From positions 64,001 to 128,000 of the IMG/VR virus record IMGVR_UViG_3300028588_000016: 64,000 nucleotides of DNA, one strand, 5' to 3'. Source of the stretch: a virus. Positions 1-11,600 of this stretch are shown here, piece after piece. The position numbers and the translations under genes were made by a program. The first letter of the stretch is position 1. The number at the start of each line of letters is the position of its first letter. Under the pieces are notes generated by a model, which worked only from the letters and a program-made list of their open reading frames with translations, was not told the DNA's origin and ran no database searches.

Positions 1-1
1 C

Positions 2-3000
2 TTGTTGCATTAATAACTCTTCATCAGTTAGATTAGGAGTATTTACTACAGGTTCTACACTATAGTCACCCTCAATCTTTAAAGGGTTTTTAAAGTTAAT
101 CTTACGATCAGTCTTCAAAAAAGCTTCAAATAGTACAAAAGGATTTTTAAACCTTTTATCTAAATAAGCTCTATTCATAGGCTTATCTTTCTTGTCTTTG
201 AACTGAGAATATACTTGTTCCATTATCTTAGTATCAGCTTTTATCTGATCAGCAATGGCACTCATTGTAGTGAATGTAAAGTAATCTTTAGGATTTAAAG
301 TTCCTTTCTCTAACTGTTTAACAGCAGATTTAAGACTTACTTTATGTCCTGTATATGTATTACGTGTTGCAATCTTTAAAACTGCTTCTGCTTCTGGAGA
401 AGTCATTAACACCGCTAAAGACTCCATACTATAACCCATTTGCAAACCTGCTAAATAAACAGATGCTGTTTCAGGCCCCGCATTGATACGTGCTAAGATT
501 AACTCTTTCGCATTATCCGTTGCAGCTGATAAGATAGCAGATAAGTCTAAGGCGATATCACCTCTGAACTTCATTTCTTCTATTGTCCTTCTACGAACAT
601 TCTCTAGATCTTGTTCAGCTTCCGGTACTTGGAAGTACTGCATAGTTCTAGCATAGTAGTCCATGAAATCATCTATCTTATTAGTATAGTTAAGTCCTGC
701 TACACCTACAGTAACTCTAGGATTAGAGCGTTTTATAAATCCGCCTACACTAGTAAAGTCATAAACAGTACGTTTACTGTAAAGGTCTAAACCTTTAAGA
801 TTAACATGTGACTGTGTTAAAGCAGAGTGAGCTTTTAAATGTGTAGCCGCAATACCAATTACATCTTTACCAACCATGTTATTGTTAGTAGCTTTTGCAA
901 TCGTTACCGGATTGTAAGGACTCATTCTTTTAAAGTCTTCACCCTTAACCGATTTTTTAGCAGCCTCATCTGCGGCACCCATTGTCATCGGAGACATCAT
1001 GTGATTGATGTTTCTAATATCGTTATTTGATTGAGTAATAGAAGAAGCTAATACGTTCAATATAGCCTGTAAAGGATAGTTATCGTTTATAGGTTTCAAG
1101 AAGTAAGTATTAATTTCATCTAATGCACGTTGAGTATCTTCATCAGATGCTCCTACGATTGCAATGTTTTTAGCTGTTTCCAACTTCTTCATTGTATCTA
1201 CGTAGTTATCAAATAACTCTGCTTTATCTTCGTAATTAAGTATATTAGCTACATCTACATCTGATAACACTACATCAGGATTTTCAGCAGCAGATACTCT
1301 TACTCTTACGTTCTTATCTGGAATAGGTAACTCTAATGACTTCATCAAGTGCTTTTTAGAATCGTATCTGAATTTATCAGACCAACCTATAAGTTTACCA
1401 GATTTATCTGTAGACATCATTGTAACGTAAACCTTATCAATATCAAAATCCTCTCCAGTAATCCACATGTGGAATGGAGATACGAAACCGACGTTGTGTT
1501 CACTATGTACAAAACCTACAATCTTTTGTCCCATATAAGACTGTTTTGCTTGACCTGGAATACGTGAAGCACTTACATTTAAATGGGCATCGAATGAATT
1601 ATATATCTCTTTAGCTAATTTTTCGTTACGTTCTAGTATGTTTGTATACAAGAAGTTACTCATTTCAGCCAAAGCATTTTCTACTTCGTTTTGACTTTTC
1701 TTTAAAGAGTTAGTCCACTTTCTTACGTTCTTATCAATTTCAGCTGATTTGAATATACCTGCTTGTGTTAGAACTAAATCTCTAGAAGCTGGATTTTCCT
1801 CAGTCATGTTAGCTAAAGACTCTGCATATTCAGTAACATGTTTAAGTTTATCAGTAGCTTGTATTCTCTGTTCGTTTGAAAGATCAGTTTGTTGTAATCT
1901 TAAGTTTAAGCTATTGATAGTTTTATCTACCCATGCTTGATCGTACATTGAAAGTAAAGATTCTTGTTCTAAAAGACCAATAGATCCTTTAGCTTCACTT
2001 AATCTTCTCTTAGTGTTAAGAACTTCTTTAATTTTAAGTAAAGAGTTCATAAACTTATCAGAGTCTTTGTACTTATTAAGACTCATAAACTGAACTGCTA
2101 ATTCAGCTACATTTAAACCTGCTTGAAAGTTAGGAACAATAGTATCGTAAGGTGAGTTATTACCTTTAGTGATTATCTTTAGAGCGTTTAACTCGTCTAT
2201 GTTATTTACTACAACATAGTTGTGTAATTTACCATCAACATTAGCGTGGAATAATTCCTTATATCCAATCTCATATTGAGGCTTATCATTTTGATCAAGT
2301 TTATAACTTTTAACTGAACCGTCTTCTTGTCTGATATCAACAGAATCAAGAGGTGCTTTCTTAAGATTTAAAGATTTAAAATTATCAGAACCTCTTAATA
2401 CTACATATAAATGTTCACCATCTTTAGCTTTAACAAAGAAATCATGTTGACGTGTACTAGGTAAAGTCTTATAGTTTAACCTATCTAAGAAGAACTTCTC
2501 ATTAATAGTAGCTAAGTTATCGTTAGCAGTGATACCGTATTTCTTACCAAATACAGGAGACATCATTATCTCACCTGGAACAGTAGTTAATTCATCAACT
2601 CTTACTTTAGGTTTTCTCTGGTTGTACCATTCGTAAACACTAGCTTCTGGGAAATCTCTTAAGAATAATTCATAGTCTTCGATAGCACTCCATGTTTCAC
2701 TAGGATCTGAAGGATCAATTACTATTTGGTAATTCTCTAATGCATCCATAATGTTTATAGATGTAATAGGCATAGGTGCAAGTTTCTTATTATAGATTTC
2801 TTGCATTGTCTGCGTTAACTCATTCTTTAACAAATTCTTTTGAGCTTGTGAAAACTCAAAGTCATTATCAGAATATGAGATAGAATAACCTGAATCATCT
2901 ACATTAGCAGTAACACTATACTTCTGAAAATCCATTTCTGCATCTATAGAAGATATTAAATTGTTCTGTTCTTGTAATAATCTGTTAAGATTTTCTACAG

Positions 3001-6000
3001 CAGTTTCAAGTTGAAGTCTTTTACTCTTACCTTGTTGTAATTCATAAGGACTTAAACCGCTATCATCAAAAGTACCTTTACTATCGAAAGCTTTTACAGC
3101 TTTATGAGCTGCTACAACTTCATCATTAATAAATGATAACTTAGCAAGAGGTAAATCGAAGTAACTAGTAAAACCAGCATTACCTTGAATCTTCCATTTA
3201 TGCAATGTAGGTTTCAAGTCTCTAGATGCGTGATTATCTTTTACAAACGTTCCTGGATTAGCTTTAAACTCATAATAAGCTTTAGGCGAATTAAGTTTAA
3301 TTCTGTTACCTTGTTCGTCTACTACAGTATCAAATATTTCAACTAAGTCTTTAGAACCCGGTGCAATTTCTGTAGCTTCAAGAGTAACTGGATCACCACC
3401 TTGAGCTATTATTTTACGCTTCCACTCAAGATATTGAGGTTCAGTCATTTGTAAAGTTTCACCACTCTCTGGATCATAAACATCTCTAATTCCAATAAAG
3501 TCTGCATAAGGAGAGATTACAATAGCATCTCCTGGCATTTTACGACGTACACCGTTTTTAGTGAAGAAGTTAGCTACAGTAGTCGCAAAAGCACCGTAAA
3601 TATTAGCATCACTAAATGATAGTTTTAATCCTGCATCACTTAAATCTTCTAACTTAACTAATGCTTCTTTATATTGTTGACTTGTAGGAGTTGTTGCTAC
3701 AAGTTGTTTTAACTCTTGTTTATAATTATCTAATTCTTTTCTAACAGATGCAATGATAGCACCGGCGGTACTAGTAATTTCTTTACCGTCAAAACCTCTA
3801 ATGATCTCATTAGCAAGTAAATTGTAAACACGCATCTTAGCCGCATTACTTACATCTGTACCGTTAAACAAACTATCAATATCTGGAATCAGAGTTGATA
3901 AACTATTATCAATATAAATGTAAATTGCTTTAAAAGCTTTGTTAGCATACTCTGGAGTATCACCATTAAAAGGTAAAGTACTTGTAGTTTGAGTTGCCTC
4001 TGTTACTTCTGTACCATCATGTTCAGCATTTAACTGAATACCTTTGTGCATATTAGAAACGAATGAACTATTTAAAGGTGCTTCATTTCCTCTACGTAAT
4101 ACATCTGTAGGATTTTCATTCTTAATACCTACCTTTTGGGCAGAAGAGAATGTGTATTCACCGATGAAAGAATACTTTAAAGGTTGAATAACTGATCTTT
4201 GTGATAGCTCATCTTTCTCTGGATTGTAGTTCTTAGTAGGTGAACTAGGTTTAGGAACATATTCATTATAAGCTTCTTTGAAAGCTCTAATCTGTCCTTT
4301 ACTAGAATTAGCCGGTAATATCTTAGCTATTTCTGCATCGTTATACCAAACACCTACACGGTTAACAAACTCTTTAACTGCACTCCAAGATCTGTCTGAA
4401 GGTACATAAGACCTCAAATGATCAGGTAAATCTAGAACTCCTGTATAAGCTCCTTCTTTATAGGAAACAGAATCTTTTCCACCAAGTGCTGTCCATAAAT
4501 CCCAGATACTGTTTACAGTAATTGCTTTAGGATCTAGTACTTGACCAGTAATTAAATCTTTATAGTAGAAGTTATATTCGTTATTACTTGCCCAATTAGG
4601 AGAAGGTTCTATTTTATGTACCGCTAAATAATCTCCTGTAATAGGATCTTTAAAAGCAACATCATCAAACAGTGTATTTAAATCTATAACCTCTCCGTTG
4701 AAATCTCTAGAGATATCTAATTTAACAGGTAAGTTACCAACTGTGAAAGGTAAAGAATGACCTTTCTTTAATAGATTAAAGTAACTATATTTAGAATCAG
4801 AGTTCTCGTTATTTAAACGTTCGTTCACTGTCGTGTGAGCAGCATGTTTTAATAAACCAGCACCGTTAAGTCTTTCATCAATTGTACCACCAATAGACTT
4901 TTGAGTAAGACCTGCACTCTGATCTAACAAAGATTCGTTCTGTAATTCAGTAGTCAAAGGAGATTGTAAAGTTGAACCATCACCTGATTCTACAGTAGAT
5001 TGTACACCATATAGTGCAAATACTCCTGCTTCCGTATCTTTAATATGTGATACCCTTGAAAAGAAAGGTAATCCGTTAATTTGATTTAAATTGTAAGGAT
5101 GATAAGTAGCTTGATGAATTACCATACGCTTAAACATGGCAATAGATCTAGCTGATAACATTCTAGTTTCAAAAGATGAGTCAGATTCTCCCTCTTCTCT
5201 AAATAATTTAGCTGGGTGACCTAGTGGTGAACCAACTGTCATATTTTGGAAGTCTTGAGTAACCATGTTATATTCCCAAAGATATTGTTCTAATATCGGG
5301 TTCATTTCAAAGTTACCGTTTAAATCACCTTTGTAAAGCTTCAATCTACCGTATTCATTATCAACAAATCCAGTAGTATCCCAAGTATCCATTACTCGTT
5401 TCATCAAAGAGCTTTCTGTCAAATCTTTACCTACTAAGTAGTCAAGATTGAAGTCAATACTTTCTAAGCTAGTTAAGAAATCTTTTCTAATTCTATCTAA
5501 GAAAGCTTCTCTATTGGAACCAAAGTTACGCATCATACCAGATAAAGATCTGTTTATAACAGGTTTCTTAGTCTTACCGTCTACTTCAAATGTTAAGGTT
5601 TTCATAACATCGATAGAGGCTGCGGCAAATGCTTGATTTAAAGTCTTCTCATTTAAGTCGCTTAGAATATTATTTAAAATATCTACGTCCATGTTGTCCA
5701 TAGCAGTACTTGTTAAACTAGACTCATTCAACTTAAATAACTTATTGTAGATTGCTAGTTCTTGTTTTAAAACGTCACCAATATAAACTTCTGGAATTTG
5801 ATTAATATCAACTTGTCCTTCTGTTTTAACATTAGCTAAAGCAGTTTTTAAGAGGGTTGAATTCTCAAGATATGTTCCATGCAATACACCTGCTTGAAAT
5901 AATTTATTAAAGTCAGAACGAACTGTTTTCCATAAATTAGTGTAGTAATCTAATTGAGAATCAGCAAATGCTTCACGGAAATGTTCAGCTTCGAAGTCTC

Positions 6001-8632
6001 TATATCTTCTAGTTTCACCTGCTAAAGTTAACTCTGTATTAGCGTTAATCTTCATAGCAGCGTGTCTACCTTTATCCGCAAAGTTTGTTACTTGAAACTT
6101 AGGATTTCTTAAAGTTTCTTCGGGGTTAACCTTTTGTTCTAAGTAATCATTAAGTATATCAAAACTAACACGCTCTACTTCTGTAAGTTTAGAAGAAGGT
6201 ATTACATTACCGTTAACATCTTTAATTGTTAAACGGATTTCTACATCTTGTACTAAGTCTGGATTTCTTAGTATAATATTGTTTCTCAAAGGCATTATGT
6301 TATTACCCGGAGCTTGATGTTTATTTTCAGCTTCAAGTAACATTCTAACTGTGTCTCTAAAACTATTGATATTATTACGCATTGAGTAAGTAGGCAAAGC
6401 ACTACCTTCTGCGTTAATAGTAGTAGCTTTAATGTTACTACCATAATACTCATTAGCAACGTCAGCGTAATTTCTTAACGCTTGGAAAGAGTGATTACCT
6501 AATTCTAAGTTAAAGTAACCTGCACCTTTATTCCAAATCTTAGTAACTGGGAATTTACTAGTTAAACCAGGAACGTCATTTAAAGCACTTTCTATTTCCT
6601 TTTGTGACATATTCTTTAAATCTCGCAAGTCGTTTACACGTACACCCGAGAAGAAAGCTAAGTTACCGCTAATAGTTAATAAGTCTTTAATGTGAGATTT
6701 ACCAAAATTATCGTGCATAATCTTAGGTATATCATAGTTCATAGAGTTTAAAGGTTCCTCTGTAATAGTAGCAGCTACTCTTAATATGTTAGCGTAATCA
6801 GAGTATTGAGCAGCTATCTCTGGAGAGTTCATATCGTAAATATCAGTAGGTGTTTCGATAGTATTAAAATCGAAATCGTTACCTTTAGCGTCAAAGAAAA
6901 CTCCTGTAAGTGGATCGTAACTCACAACCTGATTACCTATTTTAAAGTCTACATAACCACTGGATACTTTAACACCTAAAGATTTTTCCCATCTTTCTAG
7001 CAATTTATCAGTAGCTACTAAAGTCTTAGAACCTAACTGTTTAAGTCTATGAAAGTTTTTATCATTAAGCTTGTTTTGTAAAGTAGTTTGTTTAAACTCT
7101 TTACTTCCAAACTCTTGGTTAACCTCTACATAATTCATAACAATTGTCTTGTTAAGTGTAGAAGATATCACTTCTTGAACGTTAATATCGTATTTACCAG
7201 GAAAGTGACGTCTGTATACTTCATATAAAGAACGTTCTTTAATGTTCTTCATATTAGTAACTACGTTCTTTAGTTGTGGTATTTTCGCAAGTCTATTGAA
7301 AGATGATTGATCTGCATAAACTCTTTGAAACAAAGTTAGCAAAGTAGTCATATCAAAGTTATTCATCTTATTTGCACCAGAGTAGTGATCCTCTATTGCT
7401 TTAACAATAGCTTCTTTAATACTGTTAGACATATCTGTTCTATCAATATTAGTTTTAATCTTAGCTATTGCATAGTGTACTGCATCCGGATTTAAATAGC
7501 TATTAGTACGAACTCCATCTAAATTTAATTTAGGGGAAGTCTGTATAAAAGTATTGAAGATTTCAGTAGTTTCTTGAGCAGCACTTACTATTTCACTAGC
7601 AGAGTGATCTGTACGAATTCTACCTTTCTCAGCTGGTATGTATTTCTGTGTTTCTTGTGACTCACTGAAATTACTAGTAGTTCCACCTTTAACTTTAATA
7701 AAACCAGAACCATAGATACTCATTAATTCATCAAAATGCTTTAAAGTCACAAATGCGTTATACATTTGAGATTGTCTAGGATCAGAACTTGCATAAGTCC
7801 AACGGATTAAATCTTGAACAAAAACTCCTTTACCACCGTTCATAGCTTGAAAACTACGTTCGATTTGTTTTAGTCTTTCTTCTAAGTCCGGTCTTGTAAC
7901 TCCGTTTACGTAATAAGTGTCATTAGGGAATAGGGTTTTGAATAATCTTTCTTTATAGGCTTTAACGTTTTTATCAACGTCCTTTTCGAACTTAACCGGA
8001 ATAGGAGTCTTTTGTCTTAAGTCTATAAATGTAGCAGCAAATAAATCATTCTGAATGGCTCTTGTCATTCTACTTCTAGCTACATCAGCAGACTTGAAGT
8101 AATTATGTTTTAAAGAGTTAGGACTCTCAATTACTGTAGCAGATAAATTAAGAGGTTCAGCAATAATGTTACTTGTAGTATGATCTTCACTATAAAGTCT
8201 TTTTAGAATATCCGATACATTTTCAAGGTCACCTTCGTGTTCGTCTTGTTTATCAGATTCTGCATTTGTAGATACTTCTACTCCTGCATTATCCAAGGCA
8301 GATTTCTGCCAAGCATCTACAATCTTATTGACTGTATTCTCAGCATCTTCTAAATCGATATTAGCGTTATGATCATCTAAGGCGTTGGTTTCCTCAAGTA
8401 CATTAGCTACTAAGTGCATGGCTGCACCTACGTCACCTAGAATGCCCACTAATCTTACTGGATCAGTAGCCAAGGTGTTTAGGTTTGATCCGTAATAGCG
8501 CTCTAGGTAATTAGGCATTACGTCAGCAACAGCCGCAGCAAAATCTTTACCTTCTATTAAGGAATCAAAAATGACCTTATGGATTCCCATAAGGTCATTA
8601 AATTTGTCAAATGAGCAAGTGATGTTTATCAT
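2..8632 (-). CDS. Giant virion-packaged two-barrel RNA polymerase of crAss-like phages, partial (at least 2877 aa; runs off the window's left edge)
   Basis: Manual translation from ATG at 8632 (MINITCSFDKF...). In-frame motifs: SRIPGQAKQS (~1540-1570), catalytic GEDFDIDK (DFDIDK at 1433-1450, first Asp ~residue 2395), and SAQKVG...KGIQLNAEH (~4020-4145). Spot-checked lines contain no stop. The ORF track lists no minus-strand ORF here, consistent with no stop before the edge. Confidence 0.93.
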   Translation of the reverse strand, partial: MINITCSFDKFNDLMGIHKVIFDSLIEGKDFAAAVADVMPNYLERYYGSNLNTLATDPVRLVGILGDVGAAMHLVANVLEETNALDDHNANIDLEDAENTVNKIVDAWQKSALDNAGVEVSTNAESDKQDEHEGDLENVSDILKRLYSEDHTTSNIIAEPLNLSATVIESPNSLKHNYFKSADVARSRMTRAIQNDLFAATFIDLRQKTPIPVKFEKDVDKNVKAYKERLFKTLFPNDTYYVNGVTRPDLEERLKQIERSFQAMNGGKGVFVQDLIRWTYASSDPRQSQMYNAFVTLKHFDELMSIYGSGFIKVKGGTTSNFSESQETQKYIPAEKGRIRTDHSASEIVSAAQETTEIFNTFIQTSPKLNLDGVRTNSYLNPDAVHYAIAKIKTNIDRTDMSNSIKEAIVKAIEDHYSGANKMNNFDMTTLLTLFQRVYADQSSFNRLAKIPQLKNVVTNMKNIKERSLYEVYRRHFPGKYDINVQEVISSTLNKTIVMNYVEVNQEFGSKEFKQTTLQNKLNDKNFHRLKQLGSKTLVATDKLLERWEKSLGVKVSSGYVDFKIGNQVVSYDPLTGVFFDAKGNDFDFNTIETPTDIYDMNSPEIAAQYSDYANILRVAATITEEPLNSMNYDIPKIMHDNFGKSHIKDLLTISGNLAFFSGVRVNDLRDLKNMSQKEIESALNDVPGLTSKFPVTKIWNKGAGYFNLELGNHSFQALRNYADVANEYYGSNIKATTINAEGSALPTYSMRNNINSFRDTVRMLLEAENKHQAPGNNIMPLRNNIILRNPDLVQDVEIRLTIKDVNGNVIPSSKLTEVERVSFDILNDYLEQKVNPEETLRNPKFQVTNFADKGRHAAMKINANTELTLAGETRRYRDFEAEHFREAFADSQLDYYTNLWKTVRSDFNKLFQAGVLHGTYLENSTLLKTALANVKTEGQVDINQIPEVYIGDVLKQELAIYNKLFKLNESSLTSTAMDNMDVDILNNILSDLNEKTLNQAFAAASIDVMKTLTFEVDGKTKKPVINRSLSGMMRNFGSNREAFLDRIRKDFLTSLESIDFNLDYLVGKDLTESSLMKRVMDTWDTTGFVDNEYGRLKLYKGDLNGNFEMNPILEQYLWEYNMVTQDFQNMTVGSPLGHPAKLFREEGESDSSFETRMLSARSIAMFKRMVIHQATYHPYNLNQINGLPFFSRVSHIKDTEAGVFALYGVQSTVESGDGSTLQSPLTTELQNESLLDQSAGLTQKSIGGTIDERLNGAGLLKHAAHTTVNERLNNENSDSKYSYFNLLKKGHSLPFTVGNLPVKLDISRDFNGEVIDLNTLFDDVAFKDPITGDYLAVHKIEPSPNWASNNEYNFYYKDLITGQVLDPKAITVNSIWDLWTALGGKDSVSYKEGAYTGVLDLPDHLRSYVPSDRSWSAVKEFVNRVGVWYNDAEIAKILPANSSKGQIRAFKEAYNEYVPKPSSPTKNYNPEKDELSQRSVIQPLKYSFIGEYTFSSAQKVGIKNENPTDVLRRGNEAPLNSSFVSNMHKGIQLNAEHDGTEVTEATQTTSTLPFNGDTPEYANKAFKAIYIYIDNSLSTLIPDIDSLFNGTDVSNAAKMRVYNLLANEIIRGFDGKEITSTAGAIIASVRKELDNYKQELKQLVATTPTSQQYKEALVKLEDLSDAGLKLSFSDANIYGAFATTVANFFTKNGVRRKMPGDAIVISPYADFIGIRDVYDPESGETLQMTEPQYLEWKRKIIAQGGDPVTLEATEIAPGSKDLVEIFDTVVDEQGNRIKLNSPKAYYEFKANPGTFVKDNHASRDLKPTLHKWKIQGNAGFTSYFDLPLAKLSFINDEVVAAHKAVKAFDSKGTFDDSGLSPYELQQGKSKRLQLETAVENLNRLLQEQNNLISSIDAEMDFQKYSVTANVDDSGYSISYSDNDFEFSQAQKNLLKNELTQTMQEIYNKKLAPMPITSINIMDALENYQIVIDPSDPSETWSAIEDYELFLRDFPEASVYEWYNQRKPKVRVDELTTVPGEIMMSPVFGKKYGITANDNLATINEKFFLDRLNYKTLPSTRQHDFFVKAKDGEHLYVVLRGSDNFKSLNLKKAPLDSVDIRQEDGSVKSYKLDQNDKPQYEIGYKELFHANVDGKLHNYVVVNNIDELNALKIITKGNNSPYDTIVPNFQAGLNVAELAVQFMSLNKYKDSDKFMNSLLKIKEVLNTKRRLSEAKGSIGLLEQESLLSMYDQAWVDKTINSLNLRLQQTDLSNEQRIQATDKLKHVTEYAESLANMTEENPASRDLVLTQAGIFKSAEIDKNVRKWTNSLKKSQNEVENALAEMSNFLYTNILERNEKLAKEIYNSFDAHLNVSASRIPGQAKQSYMGQKIVGFVHSEHNVGFVSPFHMWITGEDFDIDKVYVTMMSTDKSGKLIGWSDKFRYDSKKHLMKSLELPIPDKNVRVRVSAAENPDVVLSDVDVANILNYEDKAELFDNYVDTMKKLETAKNIAIVGASDEDTQRALDEINTYFLKPINDNYPLQAILNVLASSITQSNNDIRNINHMMSPMTMGAADEAAKKSVKGEDFKRMSPYNPVTIAKATNNNMVGKDVIGIAATHLKAHSALTQSHVNLKGLDLYSKRTVYDFTSVGGFIKRSNPRVTVGVAGLNYTNKIDDFMDYYARTMQYFQVPEAEQDLENVRRRTIEEMKFRGDIALDLSAILSAATDNAKELILARINAGPETASVYLAGLQMGYSMESLAVLMTSPEAEAVLKIATRNTYTGHKVSLKSAVKQLEKGTLNPKDYFTFTTMSAIADQIKADTKIMEQVYSQFKDKKDKPMNRAYLDKRFKNPFVLFEAFLKTDRKINFKNPLKIEGDYSVEPVVNTPNLTDEELLMQQ

Positions 8633-8635
8633 TCA

Positions 8636-11600
8636 TTAATTACATTTAGTTTCTTTGATTAAATTATCATAAGCTTTACTAAGTTCACTTAACTCTGTTT
8701 CAAAACCATTAGCTTTCAAATAAGAACCTACTAAGTAGTAAGACTTACCTGCTTTAAGCTTCATGTCTACGTTATATGTTTTAACGTACTCTGGCTGATT
8801 CATCATGTTAGTAAATGCATCATAGTGTTCTTGTAACCAAGTACCTGCGATAGCTTTACCTACAATATCTAAATCAGTTGGTAATGATCCTAAGTAGTTT
8901 ACTGGAGTAAATTGCTTATTTTCATACGCAAAGGTAGCAATAATTTCGCCATTATCTGCATTTGTAACACTAAATTCTCTAACTTTCTCAGTCGATCCTG
9001 GCTTATTAGTAACAGTTTGCTCTACTGTTACGTTAGTTTCAGGAACACCGATTTCCTGTAATTGACCGTTGGCATGTTGACTAGCTGCACTATTTAAAGG
9101 CAACAACTCTACACCATGTTCAGTATTAGGCATAACTATGACTTCTATACCGTTCACTGTCATTACGTCGTCAGATAACTCAGCTACTTTCTCTGCTACT
9201 ATTGCCATCGTTTCAGCAACTGCACTAGCTGCATGTGTTTCGGCATTTCCACCTTTTAAAGCGTTATTGATATCGTTAAGATTATCAGCTTCTAAACTGT
9301 GAGTTTCAGTTACCGTAGCTAAGGCAGCAGTTGATATTTTACTAAGAACATCAGTGTCTGGAATTCGTTCATCTATTGCATCTATTACTTTTTGCTCTAC
9401 CTCTTTATATTGTTCAACTTTTACTCCTTTATCTTCTTCAACAATATCAGTAGGTCTGAAATCAATAGAATCTGGATTAAAGTAAATAGTTGGAGTTTGA
9501 ATTGAAACATCAACTTTAAAGTCATCATCTATGTTACCTGTTGGTACGACGAAAGGTGCATCACTCACATATCTATTATCTGCAGTAGCAGTCCTTATGA
9601 CAGGATTAATGTGTATTCCATCAGGAAACTTATAAGAGATAATATCTTCTAAACCGGTTACAAACTTATCATATTCAATACTATCAGCTTCTTTTGACTT
9701 AAAAGCTGATGGGAATAATCCGTCTACAAACTGATCAACTCCGGCAGTATTAGTAAAAGTACCGCCTGCAACCGTTAGTCTTATTGCAGATACAAAATTG
9801 TACAAAGCTGAATTAGGTATGTTTAGAGATAATGCTTTACCGTCTACATCTTTAAAAGTCTTTAACGAATTATCCTTTTCAAACTTGTTAATGTTAGTAA
9901 GTAAATCCGAAGCTATAAAGTGTTCAACTGCTTTAGTTTTAGCATCTGGTGAATCTTTAAATAACTTATTTACAAAGTCGTCAATCTTAGACTTGTTAGC
10001 TTCTAAATAAGCGTTAATATTATTTCCGCCTGTAGCGTAGATATCGTTAAAAGTCTTACCTGTTAAAATGGGTAATACGTTCTTAAGTAGAGAGTCAACA
10101 TCAGATATTAATTTCTCTAGTCTCTTAGGACCGTATAAATCAGGTTTAAGTCTTAGGTTAGCTCTGAATTCCTCAGGTTTACCATTCTCTTTATAATACT
10201 CAGCTCTACGTTTAAAGTTAACCAAAGCACCGATCATAGTAGCGGCAGCAAAGTTATTACTGTATGCTCTACGTTGAGCTTTTAAGTCTATGTTATTCTC
10301 AGTCATTGAACGAGAAATAGATACGTTCTTAGCTAACCAATCTTTAAATGGAACACCTTTCTTATTAAGAACAACCATACGTATATTTCCTGGATCAGGA
10401 TCTATAGCTTCACCTTTAAGTTTACGTTCAACTTGTGAATTTAATTGTCTTCTATATCTATCTGCAAGTTCGTTTTTAGGTATTGTTTTATCTAAAGATA
10501 CGAATACTACAGCTTTACCTATTAAAGAAGAACTCTCTGTATTTACTTCATTGTTCGGTCCTACACCACCTCTATTGAAGTTAGCAAACAATTGTTGTGC
10601 TACTTCATCATCTTGGTTGATGATCTTAGAGTTCATTATGATATAAGGTTCAGAATGATTTAAATGAGCATGTTCTTGTTTAAACTCTTTATAACTCTTC
10701 TCTGCACTAGGTCTTAAGTATAAATTTGAAGTAGGTTTAAGTACTTCCTCTATAGTCAAGTCTGGTTTCAAATAGAAGTAACTTCTACCATTAACAGCCG
10801 TACGAGTATGATTATCTCTGATATTACCTAAGGTAGCCATTACTCCTTTTCTACTAGCAACGTTTGGATTGTTAGCATTAGGGAAAGCACTAATAGTAAA
10901 TACTACTATTGGAGAAGCTCCTTCAACTGGTTTAATCAATGGAATTTCCATTGTTAAGTAACTTATTAAACCTCCACCTTGAGGTGTATTAGTGCTGTTT
11001 AATTCAAAAGAAGCATCCACAGTGTGATCATATTCTTTTGTTTCTAACATTAAAGCAGCTTTATCAAAGTCTAATTTAGATAGAATCTTATCGTGTACAG
11101 CATAGTTAGCAGATAAAAAGTTTGCTAGTTTACCTGCGTTTTCTCCATCTTGAACCTTTTGAGAATAAGCCATAAGACCTGTTTTCAATCGTTTCATTTG
11201 ATCTCTAGCTAGTGTAATTCTAGGATCATTTATAGACATTCCCTCTTCTAATTCTGTATCGTTAATTAACTCAAAGAATCCAGCTAAGTCTTTACCTGAT
11301 ATAATAGGATTAGTTTGGGTATCTTTTATTGTATTTTTCTTATCTACAGAAACACCTAATCTTTCATGGAAAGTATAAGTCAAAGGACGAGTTTCACCTT
11401 GATCAACCGGTATGGATTCACCTGCAATATTAACTGGTAAATCCGTAGGCTCAACTTCATTAGATGCTTGTTTTAAAACAACTGAATAACCTGCTTTCGC
11501 AAACTCTTCATCTTGATTTAAATCAGACATTCCACTAGTTGTACTAGGTTTAGGAGTAACTCTAGTTTCAGTAGGACTTAATCCTAAATCTTCAAGGTTA

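Noticed and set aside
1-8632. Stop-codon reassignment (TAG or TGA recoding, known in some crAss phages) as the reason for the missing ORF
   Set aside because: The frame is open under the standard code and is missing only because it lacks a stop in the window. All other genes are intact under code 11, and TAG ends genes normally (40693, 63910).
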